From contig NC_087245.1 of NCBI RefSeq assembly GCF_037042905.1, positions 43,278,001 through 43,342,000 of the forward strand: a stretch of 64,000 nt of DNA. Reading direction: 5' to 3'. Of the stretch, positions 1 through 12,497 are shown in pieces. The position numbers and the translations under genes were made by a program. Positions within the stretch are counted from its first letter, which is position 1. Each line of letters opens with the position of its first letter. The notes under the pieces were generated by a model. The model saw only the letters and a program-made list of their open reading frames with translations. It was not told the origin of the DNA and searched no databases. This DNA comes from Lytechinus pictus. Its lineage: Eukaryota.

Positions 1-379
1 AGTTAGTATTTAATAATTGCTTTTGTATCGATGACTCTGGACTTTTCAAGACCCTTTGTGGAACCTTTCCTTAGATCTGTTTTTTTTCTCTTTTTTTTTT
101 CTTCAATTTTTAATTTTTTGGTTGTGGGGGGGGGTGTTTTGTTTCTAAGTTGCTAAGGCACGCCCCCATTTGAAAAAAGGAATGAGAGAGATAACTTGCC
201 CTTCCCCCTTCGAGGTGGTACATAATCGAAAATTAATTGATGATTATTTCTAGATTGTATTGGACCTTCACTCTTGGGGACTGCATGCTGTATGAAAATT
301 AAAATCAATTAAATGACACTGAAGAGTTGAATCTTGTGTGTAATGGTAATGGAAACATGGGATTATCATATCTTTTCAG

Positions 380-1915
380 GTTACGGATACTGCTGAGGAC
401 ATGGAGAAAGAGGGAGATGCATCTGATTCACCCAAACTCATAATCCAAGGTGCATGACAACTTCCAGTGTTTTTAATCAAACCTCTTAGAATAATATAAT
501 ACAGACATTTAAAACATTCTCAGATTTAGGTTTAGACTAAATCTGTACAGACATGTACGTTTATTTTGTGTCAATTTTCTTAAACAGACTTGTATTTCAT
601 ATGTACATCTTTCACTTTCAGCATTTCAGATTTGACATGCTTGTAATTATATGCAGTCATTAACAAAAGAGACATGTGAATACTGCATGATCCCAGCCTT
701 TAAAACTGGGCAAAAAACATAAATTATAGTTTTTCACTTTGTAACGCGTCCACAAGGGGGGGGGGGAATCAGGACAATTGGAAATAAATAACTGAATTTT
801 ACTCTAGTGAATTTGTACCAGAGATTTTCCCATCAGCTAGTGTTAAAACAAATTATAGAAAATGAAGCTCATAACGATTAAATCTTAACAATATTTTGTT
901 TGATAGGAGATCCATTTGACTCGGCCAAGTCCCAGTGGATGGTCATGGTTGAAAGCAGAGTTATTGGCCATTCATCATCAACAACTGAAGGCTTTCTTTG
1001 TGGGGTGGCATACCTTTTTGCCACCTATTACAACCTCAATTTGGAGTTCATTCAGAGGTACAATATGGCATTCAAAATATCGGACCATTTTCTGGAACTG
1101 ACATAAGTCCAATTTCATGGACATCCTAGCTAAATGGAATTTCAGCCTGAAAAATAACTTGATTTTAAAAAATGTGGAAAAATATTGGTGAAGATTTGAA
1201 GAAAATCCGTCAAAATTTTTTGTTAGAGTTGTGAATATTTCAAGTTATGATGTTGTGACGTCACATCCGAGCAGCTCATAAATTTAAGCATTTTGATTCT
1301 AGAACATACTTTCTTATCTGATAAATAGACTTTTTACTAATGTGCTACTGCTTTGCGACTTGATGGAGCGAGCAACATCCGACTGTTGCCTTGCCTTAGA
1401 AATCAAAGACATTCTTCACAGTACTTCTGCATTTATTTGGGAGCCAAATATGATTTCCATTGCAAGTGTCATATTTTGAAAGTAAGCAAACCCAGCAGTA
1501 CTGTGGGGAACTCCAAAATTTCAAGAACTTATTAGCGACTAGCACACTAACATCTGGTGTATTTTGGTGCAGGTTAATGATTACGTACTTGATTTTAGAG
1601 AAGAGTATGTCTCTGTACTAACAATAGAAAAAAGTGATTTAAAAAGTATTCTTTTTTAAGTAAAGCTGGCTTGATGGAGCCATCTATAATTACTGTTTGA
1701 TAAATTTCATTTTAGGTTTGTCAATTTATTTTGACTCCCTCAGTTTTCATTTGATTGTTTTATTTTTTTTTTTCTGTAATATCTTTTTCTCCCTGTCTCT
1801 CAGATGTCTCCTCGGAATAAGCCCTGATGGGTCGAAGTGCCATGCGTCGAAGAGTCACTGCAACGCGAAAGTAGTGTCATTTGTGCGTCGGTTTGCTGAT
1901 TTCCAGTGGCTTTAA
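380..1915 (+). pseudogene. Last three exons (380-449, 907-1057, 1804-1915) of a SAM/SAMD3-like accessory gene of an EnSpm/Mirage-like DNA transposon
   Basis: AG/GT-bounded exons splice in compatible phases to VTDTAEDMEK...SPKLIIQG-DPFDS...LFATYYNLNLEFIQR-CLLGISPDGSK...NAKVVSFVRRFADFQWL*. This matches the FAxYYxLNL...LEFIQRxxxGIxP C-terminal pattern of these proteins. About 10 residues normally between LNL and LEFIQR appear deleted. Confidence 0.65.
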
Positions 1916-2334
1916 TTTCCTGATTTGTACATTTTACCCCATCATCTAAAAACATGTGATTTTATGTATGACCCAATAATACTATGTTCGCTTGGTCACC
2001 ATCCTCTTGAATAATTGGTTGAGCTTTGTCTGACCAAGCAACTACAGAGTTTATGCCCAATATTGCATAACATGAGAAACTTGCTGAAATAGATTGTCGA
2101 CATGCTAGTTATGAGAGAACATTAATTTGAATATGCTATTAAGTTGACATTGCCCACAACTTTATTTTAGCTGTTTCTCAAATCCAGGTCAAGTAAGAGT
2201 GGGGGAGGGGTAAAATTCATATAGAAATTGTAAATGTAAAGGGGTTTCATACTTGGAAAAATAAAGTTAAGAATATCTCCTTACAACCGAATTTGAACCA
2301 TACAAAAACATAGATATATGGCACTACACACTGT

Positions 2335-3016
2335 TTGTATGCCTCCGCCCACCAAAGGTGGTGTCGGAGGCATTATGTTTTCGTGTTGTCCGTCGTTCCG
2401 TCTGTCCCACTTTCGTTCTCGCGATAACTTAAAAACCGGTCAACAGGTCAACTTCATACTTTTTGACTTGAGGATACATATCTGGGCGACAATGAGCTGA
2501 TAAGTGTTTGGGTCCAAAGGTCAAAGGTCATAGAATTCACTAAAATACATAAGAAATAGACCATTCTTACAATAACTCCAAAACCCTTTGATAGATCAAC
2601 TTCAAACTTGTCTCGTGTGTATATGTTAAAGTAACAATGATCTGTTCAGATTTTGGGGTCTCAAGGTCAAAAGTCAAGGTCATTGAATACAATAAAGTAC
2701 ATATAACATATACCGTTCTCGCAATAACTCCAAACCATTTGACGAATCAACTTCAAACTTCGCTCATTTGTGCATATACAAGTGACAATGATCTATTAAG
2801 ATTTTGGGTCTGAAAGTCAAATCTCAAGCTCTCTGGATTCAATCAAATGCATATATTTGCTTTTTTGAGAAACAGTTATCTGACTAGATTTTGAAGTCAC
2901 AAGATCAAAGGTTTTTTTTTTCTTTATGGAAATAAAAACTAGGAAATATATTTCTGGTATGGCAGTAGCGGAGGCATCTATTTCCAACATTCGTGGTCGA
3001 AAATTCATCTTTAGTT
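2335..3016 (+). mobile_element. Non-autonomous Helentron-type (HINE/DINE-like) element
   Basis: 5' ATGCCTCCG...CGGAGGCAT hairpin, GTCC/GTCY microsatellite-like tract, internal GGTCAAAGGTCA repeats, 3' CGGAGGCAT sub-terminal inverted copy, ends TAGTT. Confidence 0.6.
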
Positions 3017-3069
3017 AGGATTAACATTGCTGTAAATCAATTTCGATTTCAACATTGTGCTACATTATA

Positions 3070-3882
3070 CAGTGCGTCCCAGAAAAAACGAAACCGGGAT
3101 TTAGCGATTATTTATCATAACTTAATCACAAATACAATAGACAAATGACCTACCAATGTAAAGCTTATAATCTCCTCTTTCATCTGATATTACTTAGATT
3201 ATTCCTCATTCACGCATGAGTGAGCAAAAACAATTCGAAGAAAGGATGCCAAAAATTCATTTGGCGGGGAGTATCTGAATTTCAAAAAGAAAGTCACAGG
3301 ACTAAAATGTTCAATATCTGCTCTTTTATTTGATACCTTAATCACAGAAAATGGTCAAGAAATAAGAAAGTTCTGGTTATTTGAAACAAGGCTTTCAATA
3401 AATTCATGAAATTAAGAGGTTTTACAGGCTAGCGTCCAGACTCACTCGACGCTCCGTTTTGTTGACGATCAGCCATGCATTTAGTCTTTTGTTATACCGT
3501 TCGATAGCTTAGTGGTAAACCGGTGAAAACACGTTTATTTAATGAAATTATGGAAATACAAGCATTGTTTCGAGGGATCATAACTTTTTTACTTCTGGAC
3601 CATTTTTTGTGATAAAGGTATCAAATGAAGGAGCAGATATTGAACTTTTTAGGCATGAGATTTTCTTTTTGAAATTCAGATACCCCGCCAAATGAGTTTT
3701 TGGTATCCTTTATTCAAATTGTTTTTGCTCACTCATGCGTGAATGAAAAATAATCTAAGTAATACCAGATGAAAGAGGAGATTCTAAGCTTTACATTGAT
3801 AGGTCATTTGTATAATGTATTTATGATTAAGTTATGATAAATCATCGCTAAATCTCGGTTTCGTTTATTCTGGGACGCACTG
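3070..3882. mobile_element. Tc1/mariner-type foldback MITE
   Basis: TIRs CAGTGCGTCCCAGAA / TTCTGGGACGCACTG flanked by TA; the two halves stay reverse-complementary for about 330 bp. Confidence 0.85.
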
Positions 3883-4200
3883 TATATATATATATATGTA
3901 TATATATATACTGCGTATTGGTGAAGGTTTGATAAAGACCCAAGTTCAAGTTCAAGTTCAAATTTATTCAAACCAATCAAGAACAAGAGACATATCACAT
4001 AGTTTAACAAAAATGAGAATACATGATAGGTTTGGGACCCCATAGAAGCAGAGCTTGTGAGAGGGGCCCCTTATAAAGTACATTACAACAATAATGAGAT
4101 GAAAAAATATTTACAATGATAATCTAAAGAGTAAAAAAAGAAAATACATACAAACACAACACGCACACACACACACACAACACACATGGTTTATCAAGAA

Positions 4201-7191
4201 TCAATTTAAGATATTTTGTAATCTTTCAAATAAATATTTTCGACATGAATTTTTAAATATGGGCAGTGTTGGACTGGATCTAAAGTTTTGGGGTAACTTA
4301 TTCCATTCTTTTGTACAAACTATCACAAAAGAATTCAAAGCAGTATTTGTTCTTGCAAGTGGCTGGTGGATAAGATTTTTCTGCCGTGTATTGTACAAAT
4401 GGACATTTGAGTTAACAACAAATGCATCTTTTAAAAATGAACAGTTTTGAGAGGATTGTGATTTGTACATAAATATCAAGCAATTGAGGGAGACTAAATC
4501 ATCAAGAGGCAAAATCTTCAATTGCAGAAATAAAGGAATACTTGGACATCTGTAATTCGAATATGTCATGAGCCTCATAACTTTCTTCTGAAGAACTAGC
4601 AGTTTGTTTAAATGGTTCCTATATGTATTTCCCCATGCAACATTACAATAATTTAAGTGTGGCATAATAATAGCATTGTAAAGAGTTACTAAGGTCTGCT
4701 GAGGGAGAGAGAAACGTAATTTATAAATGACACCAACGCTCCTTGATACCTTAGTACAAACATAACTGAGGTGATTTTTCCATGATAAGTGATCATCAAC
4801 TACAACTCCCAAAAACCTTACATCTTGACTTCGACTGATCTGATGGCCTCCTATTGATAATGGATTAGTATCTTCAGGGACTCGTTTACCCCTTGTTCTA
4901 AAGACAATATATTGAGTTTTACTAGCATTTAATAAAAGCTTGTTACAGCAAAACCATTTAAATATATTTTTAATTTCATTGTTAGTTGAGAGTATGAGAG
5001 TTTCCATATCTTTGTGATGGGAAAGTAAGCAAGTGTCATCTGCGAATAGTGAATAAGTAAACAATTTTGATGAATTTATAATGTCATTAACATAAATCAG
5101 GAACAATAAGGGACCCAGAACCGAGCCTTGGGGTACACCACATTTAACCTCCTTAGATTGTGATTTAACTCCATTAATCATTACATACTGACATCTATTC
5201 GTTAAGTAATTTTTGAACCAACTTAAGGCTACCCCACGAACACCATAATGCTCAAGCTTGTACAATAATATATCATGATCGATAGTATCAAATGCTTTCG
5301 ATAAATCAAGAAACACACCAATACAAAATTTTCCACTATCAATTGCACTTATAATGGTATTTACTAAATTCAAGACGCCCATACTTGTGGAGTAATTCTT
5401 TCGAAATCCAAATTGTTGTGGTATCATTATGTTATGAAGTTGAAGGAAATCATCCATTCTTTTGTACACTATTTTCTCAAGAATTTTTGAGAATATGGGT
5501 AACAACGCAATAGGTCTGTAATTTTCAATGCATTTACGATCATTCTTTTTAAATACTGGGACAACTCTAGCTATTTTCAGTTTGTCAGGGACTATACCCT
5601 GAAACAAGGACTTATTAAAAATATCGCATAAGGGATCAACAATGCATTGAATACAATTTTTTATGACCTTGGGAGAAACATCATCTGACCCGCATGCCTT
5701 CGATGGTTTTAAAGTCGAAACCAAATTAGAAATTTCACAAACAGATGTTGGTCGAAAATACAAGGATGAGGAGTGATTTTGGACCGACATAAAATCTCTG
5801 TATGAGGATTGGACATAAGGAATTTTCTTGCTTATTTTAGAAGGTAGATCAATAAAATATTTATTAAAATACTCAGCTTTATGTAGATCTGAATTTAACA
5901 ACAATTCGTTATGATACATGTCATTTGGGAGTGGCGTTTTCTTCCCCCTCCCCAGCAATTCATTGATATGGGACCAAGTCTTCCTCATATCATTTTGATT
6001 TGTTCGAAAAACATTATCATAATAATTCTTCTTACTTTGACGAACAAGATTTGTCAATGTATTTTTGTAATCAATATACTTTTTCCGATTAATTTCGTTT
6101 TTATTTTTTGTATATGCATAGTAAAGCTTCTGCTTTTTATGAATGGATTTTAGAAGAACTGGAGTAATCCATGGTTTCCTGCATTTATTCTTACCACTGC
6201 ATTCAATTAAAGGGAAATGTTCATTGTATAACTGAGAAAAAATGTCACTAAAATAGTTAAACGACACATTAGCGTCAAACAAATCATATAAAATAGACCA
6301 ATCTGTGTTAAGTAAATCTTGTCTAAAGTAATTCATTCTTACTTCAGTAATTAGACGTCTGAACACTTTTCTTTTTGTTTCACTAGAAGTAATGGCATTG
6401 CCTTTGTTAATGCTACAAATCGGCATATGATCAGAAAAATCAGAACAAAATATTCCAGAGCAGAATTGATATTGAACACAATTGGTAAATATATTATCAA
6501 TTAAGGTTGCTGAAGATGATGTTATGCGTGTAGGTTTAGTGATTAGGGAAAACAAGCCAAATGAACACATGAAATTATTAAAATCTCTAACCTTTTCATC
6601 TGTATCAGCATTTAACAAGTTAATGTTAAAATCACCCATAATATAAATGTCCTTATTTTCTTTACTCAATATTTGCATTTCTTGGTCAAAGTCATCAGTA
6701 AATGATCGAATATCATTGCCAGGGGCTCTATACACACAACCAACAATTGACTTTTTGTTTGCATTATTCAATTCAATAAATACAGACTCATAATAAGTAT
6801 TTGCCGTTGATAAATCATTGCGTAATTCGTAATCAAGCCCCTCTCTGACATAACATGCTACACCACCACCTTTTTTATTTGATCGACATACTTGAACAAG
6901 TGAATATCCAGGAATATCAAACATAGCTACTTCTGTGGATGGAGTAAACCAGGTTTCTGAAACACCAATCACTGAAAAATTATGATTTATACATGATAAC
7001 AAGACCGCCAAATCTTCAAAATTTTTAAAGAGACTTCTCGAATTAATATGCATAACGGAAAAGTTTTCACCATTACATTGGAAATCTTCACAGTTTATGT
7101 ATTTACACTCATTAATAACCGGTTCTGGAATATTAAATCCGTCATCCATGAGGAGAGATTTCAACAAGCAAACAATAAACCAAAACAGCAT
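4201..7191 (-). CDS. LINE ORF2: AP endonuclease plus reverse transcriptase (probable ATG at 7149)
   Basis: Uninterrupted ORF with HINSRSL, GVSETW, MGDFN, IDNIF, SDH (APE) and NYRPIALL, FLDLSKAFD, GVPQGSVLGP, FADD, FLGV (RT). Confidence 0.95.
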   Translation of the reverse strand: MLFWFIVCLLKSLLMDDGFNIPEPVINECKYINCEDFQCNGENFSVMHINSRSLFKNFEDLAVLLSCINHNFSVIGVSETWFTPSTEVAMFDIPGYSLVQVCRSNKKGGGVACYVREGLDYELRNDLSTANTYYESVFIELNNANKKSIVGCVYRAPGNDIRSFTDDFDQEMQILSKENKDIYIMGDFNINLLNADTDEKVRDFNNFMCSFGLFSLITKPTRITSSSATLIDNIFTNCVQYQFCSGIFCSDFSDHMPICSINKGNAITSSETKRKVFRRLITEVRMNYFRQDLLNTDWSILYDLFDANVSFNYFSDIFSQLYNEHFPLIECSGKNKCRKPWITPVLLKSIHKKQKLYYAYTKNKNEINRKKYIDYKNTLTNLVRQSKKNYYDNVFRTNQNDMRKTWSHINELLGRGKKTPLPNDMYHNELLLNSDLHKAEYFNKYFIDLPSKISKKIPYVQSSYRDFMSVQNHSSSLYFRPTSVCEISNLVSTLKPSKACGSDDVSPKVIKNCIQCIVDPLCDIFNKSLFQGIVPDKLKIARVVPVFKKNDRKCIENYRPIALLPIFSKILEKIVYKRMDDFLQLHNIMIPQQFGFRKNYSTSMGVLNLVNTIISAIDSGKFCIGVFLDLSKAFDTIDHDILLYKLEHYGVRGVALSWFKNYLTNRCQYVMINGVKSQSKEVKCGVPQGSVLGPLLFLIYVNDIINSSKLFTYSLFADDTCLLSHHKDMETLILSTNNEIKNIFKWFCCNKLLLNASKTQYIVFRTRGKRVPEDTNPLSIGGHQISRSQDVRFLGVVVDDHLSWKNHLSYVCTKVSRSVGVIYKLRFSLPQQTLVTLYNAIIMPHLNYCNVAWGNTYRNHLNKLLVLQKKVMRLMTYSNYRCPSIPLFLQLKILPLDDLVSLNCLIFMYKSQSSQNCSFLKDAFVVNSNVHLYNTRQKNLIHQPLARTNTALNSFVIVCTKEWNKLPQNFRSSPTLPIFKNSCRKYLFERLQNILN

Positions 7192-7568
7192 TTATTAAAC
7201 CATATCCGTCACAGTCCAAACAAATATAAAATATCAACAAGGGTGGATGAAACATGGAAATCTGAGGACAACCATTATACATATTCACAGACACCCTCAC
7301 ACACACAGACACATTAACAACTATATGATGAATATATACAGGTATGTACATAGTATATAGAAGAAAAGCAAATACAAGAGCAAATGACATTATAAATATA
7401 CAACGAGACACAAGTTAGAAAAAAAAGCGGGAAGAAAAGAATGATAAAAGAAACTAAGAAAATAAGTGGAAATCAGAAAAAGGGTGAAGTAATTTTCAAG
7501 TTACAGTTAAAAGGTAAACCCCTGAGAGAGGTAACAGTGGAAATAAAGTTAAACACAAAAGTTGGAAG

Positions 7569-8312
7569 TTATAAAGAAGAGACTTGTTGCAGTGATGAGA
7601 AGGACCTCTTAACTTGGATTCCCTCTTGGTTGGTCTTGAGGGCAGCCATGACTCTCCCATCAGTTGACCAAGCCGCTTCGACTTTTGGATGGGAGGACAA
7701 TTTCATGAGAATTTGATGATTTAACTTTGTTAGGTCCTCCTGGATGGAGATACCTGACCCCTTCAATTTACGGCGATCCTTCATCAGTGCAGCCTTCACT
7801 CGATGGGAGCAGAGCTTGACCAGGATAGGCCGAGGCTTTCTGTCAGAGCGGGGCTTTCCCGATCGATGTGATCTCTCGATGTCAGCCTTGCTTATTGGGC
7901 AGCCAAGGCGATCTGTCGCTACCTTCATCACCAGGTTGTCCGTAGACTCTGTTGATGACTCTGGCACACCAAACACCCGAACAGAGTTCCTCCTACTATA
8001 CTGCTCTAGCTCGTTGCTCTTACCCTCGTAAGCCTCTACTCTGCTTTCCAGCTTCTTCATGGAAGTGGTGATTGAGTGGATCTCAGCCTCCTTTTTATTC
8101 AATGCTACTTGTAGATCATGGATTTCACCTTCCTGCCTCTCTATCCTCTCCTCAAACTCTCGCTGGCGCTTTGAGAGAACTTTCTCAATGCTCCTCTCCA
8201 ACGCGGACACAAAATCATCTTCACAAAATATTTTTTTAATGATATCGTGGACATCAGAAAAGTCTGAAGCAAGACTACTTCCAGCAGAAGAACCTTGACG
8301 TGTTGACGGCAT
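7569..8312 (-). CDS. LINE ORF1 (coiled coil plus Tnp22/RRM-like domain)
   Basis: Heptad-rich segment, then LEQYSRRNSVRVFGVPE, DIERSHRSGK, PRPILVKL, IQEDLT; ATG (MPSTRQ) at 8312. Confidence 0.88.
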   Translation of the reverse strand: MPSTRQGSSAGSSLASDFSDVHDIIKKIFCEDDFVSALERSIEKVLSKRQREFEERIERQEGEIHDLQVALNKKEAEIHSITTSMKKLESRVEAYEGKSNELEQYSRRNSVRVFGVPESSTESTDNLVMKVATDRLGCPISKADIERSHRSGKPRSDRKPRPILVKLCSHRVKAALMKDRRKLKGSGISIQEDLTKLNHQILMKLSSHPKVEAAWSTDGRVMAALKTNQEGIQVKRSFSSLQQVSSL

Positions 8313-8412
8313 GATGTTGCTGAAGACCACAGTGAAGGAGAGAGAAGGGAAGAATGTAAGCTCCGTGGATGAAGACAAAGAGGTGGAATAATTGAAAGTG
8401 AAAGTACACTTC

Positions 8413-8890
8413 AGGTGGTTTCAGACCGCCTCGAAGTTCGCCAGTTCCAGGTATTCTCTGATCGGGAAATTTACCCCGATCAGAAAATACCAGGTATTTT
8501 GGCGGTCTGAAAGCAAACTACGCGTAATATCCCCGAAAGAAAATACCCGATAAATAGTAGGTACTTGGCGAAATTACGAGAACTTTCGCGGGGATTTTTC
8601 CAAGGTCGTGGGTATTTTGGCGGTCTGAAAGCAAATTACGGGAACTTTTAGCCCAGCGTGTCGTTGGGTGCGGCGCCGTGCATGGGTTGCTGCTGGGCTA
8701 GTGATTTTGAATTTCGCGCCTTGCTGCTTATCAGACCATACTGCGCATGCTCGTAACTTCAGGAACTTATCCCAAAGGGTATGTTTCAGGGCGGTGTGAA
8801 TGCAGGAATAATTAATGGGTATTTTTCAGCCTAAAAAAGTTCTCGTAATTTAACGGGGATTCTTGTGATCGAGGCGGTTTGAAACCACCT
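8413..8890. mobile_element. MITE with 22-bp TIRs, superfamily uncertain
   Basis: AGGTGGTTTCAGACCGCCTCGA versus TCGAGGCGGTTTGAAACCACCT (one mismatch); internal repeats of GGTATTTTGGCGGTCTGAAAGCAAA; no clean TSD. Confidence 0.75.
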
Positions 8891-11049
8891 TTTGTCACAT
8901 GTTACTCACAGATAGTAGTATATGTGGGACCACAATTTCCACACATACAGGTCAAAGACAATCTGCTCATTCAAGAGAAGGTGAAGATTCAATGATTTGG
9001 CGAGATCCTTCACATAAAATTAAATCCACATGTCTCCCAGAGGTTTATATGTAATGTTCAACTCAACTACATGGCATTCAGAGTATTTAAGACAAAAGTT
9101 AACACACTCGCATGGACCTTTCCTCTCTCGTAGTAAGCGCTTGGTCATCAAGATGTTGACAAATATTGCAATAAGCTGTTTACTGAGAACGATGTAAACT
9201 TCTGTAATGTATGTGGCTTTAACACAGCCTACCAAGGTGGAGTGAGATTATTATTATATTATTATTACATGAATGACACAGTGATCTCCATTATTGCATA
9301 TCATGCATGGCTGACTGTTAGCCATTTTTGTAAAGGGGACCAAATTATATCAAGAAATTCAGGAAATCTTAAGGTGATGTAGCAATTTTTTGTTTTCTTA
9401 TAGTCAGAAAAGGATATTAAATGTATCAGAAATTCCTCAAATGAAAAAGCATGTGACATTTTGATTACATTTCAAGAGTTTCTCAAAATAGCAGATTTGC
9501 ATGATGTAGTACAGAAAAGTTTGAAAATTGTAGATACTTCTCACAGATTGACATTTTTCTTCATGATTACTGAAGATTTACTACATTGTATTTTGTTGTT
9601 CACAGAATTATAACATTTTCATACTTTCACTTTCGCAGCTGTTCAAGTGTCACAGTACAAACATTACTTTGGCAAAATTGGAGGTCATATTTGTACATGT
9701 TTGTTCGTCAAATATTCATGTAAATATTTAATACTCTAAGTATTTGCAATGGTAGCAATACTCTCATTCGGGTTCTTTCTTGCCAGTTTCAATATCAAAT
9801 TGATAGTACTGTTATAAGAAACTTTATTTGTGAGGAATATTGAATGCAATGTAATATTATTGTCACAATTTAATGTATTCATGGCAGTTAATGTATTTGT
9901 ATGCTTGTAATATAAATTATTGGTTCAGTGTGTGTTTAGGACTATTCATTATTTTGATATAGGATTGAATAAGGTTTTCTGTCTTAATAAGATTTTTGGG
10001 AATATGTATATATAAGAAGTTGACATACACATTTTTTATCAATTAATAGTATACACGTAAAATTACTCATAAGTGAGAAGTTTCACTTAAAAATTCAGTT
10101 TTCTTCTGGTAGAAGCATTGTCGTCAGGTTACCATGGAGTAAGCATTTTGCGTGTTACTACGGATATGTGGATGTAAGAGATAGAGAGTCTGTGTGTGTG
10201 TGTGCGTGTGTGCGTGCGTGTATATGTTCATCCAGTGTTCCTCCAAGGTCAGCTGAGACAAGCCCTCCTAGAAGGAAGTTCACTTTAGTTAGATTTGTTT
10301 TCTTAAAGAAATTGAAAGTTTTCCATTATTTCAGGCAGTAGTTGCATAAGTGAAAAATTGCTTTCACTTGTAATTGATTCTAATGGGTTATGACTGAATA
10401 TTTGAATGATTATGGTACCCTTCATGTAAATGGATTGCTTTAAAACACACCTGTTCATTAATGTACTCTCATTTAATATACAGTGGCCTGAAAGTTTGTG
10501 TAAGGTTAGCAATTAGAACTACTTTAATGCATGCAAGGTGAATTTTACTTGTTGAATAGATTTATTTACAAAATGTTTAAGTCAACTGAATTGCAAACAG
10601 CAGATAAAGTAACACCAACCAAATTTTATGGTTGTTCTTACAACCTTTGTTGCTTGCTCTGACAGGTCCAACAAATACATAAAGAGTTTATGCATGCAAA
10701 AAGGATGCCACTTATTGTAATACCATTCAGTACATGGTAATTACCTATTACCAAATCCAGAGGAACAAAGTATTCATGAAATTTGACTACATTAGTGAAC
10801 AGGTCTGTAATGAACATCAGCATTCTTAGGACATTTCTGTGTACATAGTTTCTGTATAATTGTCATCTTTGAAATTTGATTATGCAACACATTCTACTTG
10901 CCAGCATTTTGCCCATGATCCTTACAAAAATTGTACTGTTTGTGAAATATGGCATTGTCAGTTCTACTGCATGTTAATGCAATAAAGACTTTTCAAAGTT
11001 TCATTCAAAAGTTTTACTCAAGTGTATTTTTGTCATTGGAAGTTGTGCC

Positions 11050-11430
11050 AATTACAGTAAAACATACTGTAAATGGGGTCAATTTACAGTAAATTACTGT
11101 AGGGAGTGTACAGTACTGGGGGTAAATTGGGAAGGTGTACATCATTTTACTGTAGGAAGTGTACAGTACCTCACTGTAATGCAAGGGAAATTTACAGTAG
11201 TTAACTGTAATTTAACCAAATTTACAGTAGCAACAATTCTAAAATTTGGTAAATTTTACAGTAAGCTACAGCACTTTCACGGTATTTTCCTGTAGCTAGT
11301 TCAAATTTACAGTAATTTACTGTAGGACGAAACTACAGTAGCTTACTGTAAAATAAAAATTACAGTAAATTACCGTGCAGCAGAGTTGCCAGTAATTTAC
11401 TGTAAAATCTACAGTAAACTTTTTACAGTG
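11050..11430. mobile_element. Right terminus of a CACTG-type EnSpm/Mirage (CMC) transposon with sub-terminal repeats
   Basis: Many TTACAGTA/TACTGTAA motifs in both orientations, ending TTTTTACAGTG (reverse complement CACTGTAAAAA) followed by TA. Confidence 0.75.
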
Positions 11431-12497
11431 TAACTGTACTCTGAAAAAAAAGGGACAAACACAAAACTGTTCATTTCATAGAAAGTTTATTGCTCTCATT
11501 GCAGGAATATTTACTCAGTCCTAGGCATGGACAAATATCTGTAATACTAATTGACCTATATCAGTATCTTTACATTCAGTTGTGCAAGGTATATTATACA
11601 AAATAAAATCAGAATATGAACTGGAAGGATAAAAAAAATATACAACACAAACATTTCCTTGAATCTGATGGCTTCACTGGAATTTTTACATCTACCTATT
11701 AATAATGCAAGCAATAACTTGTAAACAAATTTATCCACTTATAAGTAATAAACGAAATTGGCCAAGGTTTCGAATTAACAACAACCAAAAAAATCTTAGA
11801 TGTAGATAGAATAAGACATCATTCTTCTGATTGCATTTGACAGCTAAAAAAAAGAAAAATAAAGATCAAAGACTAAAGTTTAATCAATCTATGTCACAAG
11901 GTCTCCATCGGATGAATCAGCTTTTCCCTTTATTTTTTTCCTTTTCAGAAATTCCCAATTACTTTATATTATAAAATTTGTCATTGGGAATAAGACCTAG
12001 TTCCTGAAGTAAGAGATTTGAAATACATTTGTCAGTAAAATGGATATAGAGGAAATCAGAGTTGACTTCGTGAAAAATGGCATTTATCAAGTGACATTCA
12101 ATAAATGGAAAAATTAACTCATTCTTTTTTTTTCCAGAAATGCAGCAGTTCCAAAGGAAATTTTTTTGAGCTATATTCTTTCTTCATAAGTTGATGCAAA
12201 GATAACTAACTCAAAGAAAATAATCTTTACTTTTACCAACTTTACATAACTTACTGACAATCAAATCACCTTCAAAAACTTTCTCTGCTGTTTAATTAAT
12301 GATTAACATGGGCGGTGAAACATGATCTTATCCTCAGCATCCTAACAGCTTCAAACCACTACCTCTCTTTAAAAAACGCCCATTACCAACCACAATACAA
12401 TCCATGAAATAAGCACAATTTCAACACAAAACAAAACCAAAAAGCCTGTGTATCCATTGACATCTTTTATGATTGATAAGATATCCACGCATAGGAT

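Larger units (their letters stand above)
3942..8410 (-). mobile_element. Full-length CR1/L2-group LINE (5' UTR may extend to ~9250)
   Basis: ORF1 plus ORF2 on the minus strand; 3' UTR stem-loop at 4034-4070; AATAAA followed by a (TTGAAC)n tail at 3942-3968. Confidence 0.9.

Noticed and set aside
4201..7191. Bacterial retron, group II intron or DGR reverse transcriptase
   Set aside because: The APE domain, ORF1 and simple-repeat tail identify a non-LTR retrotransposon
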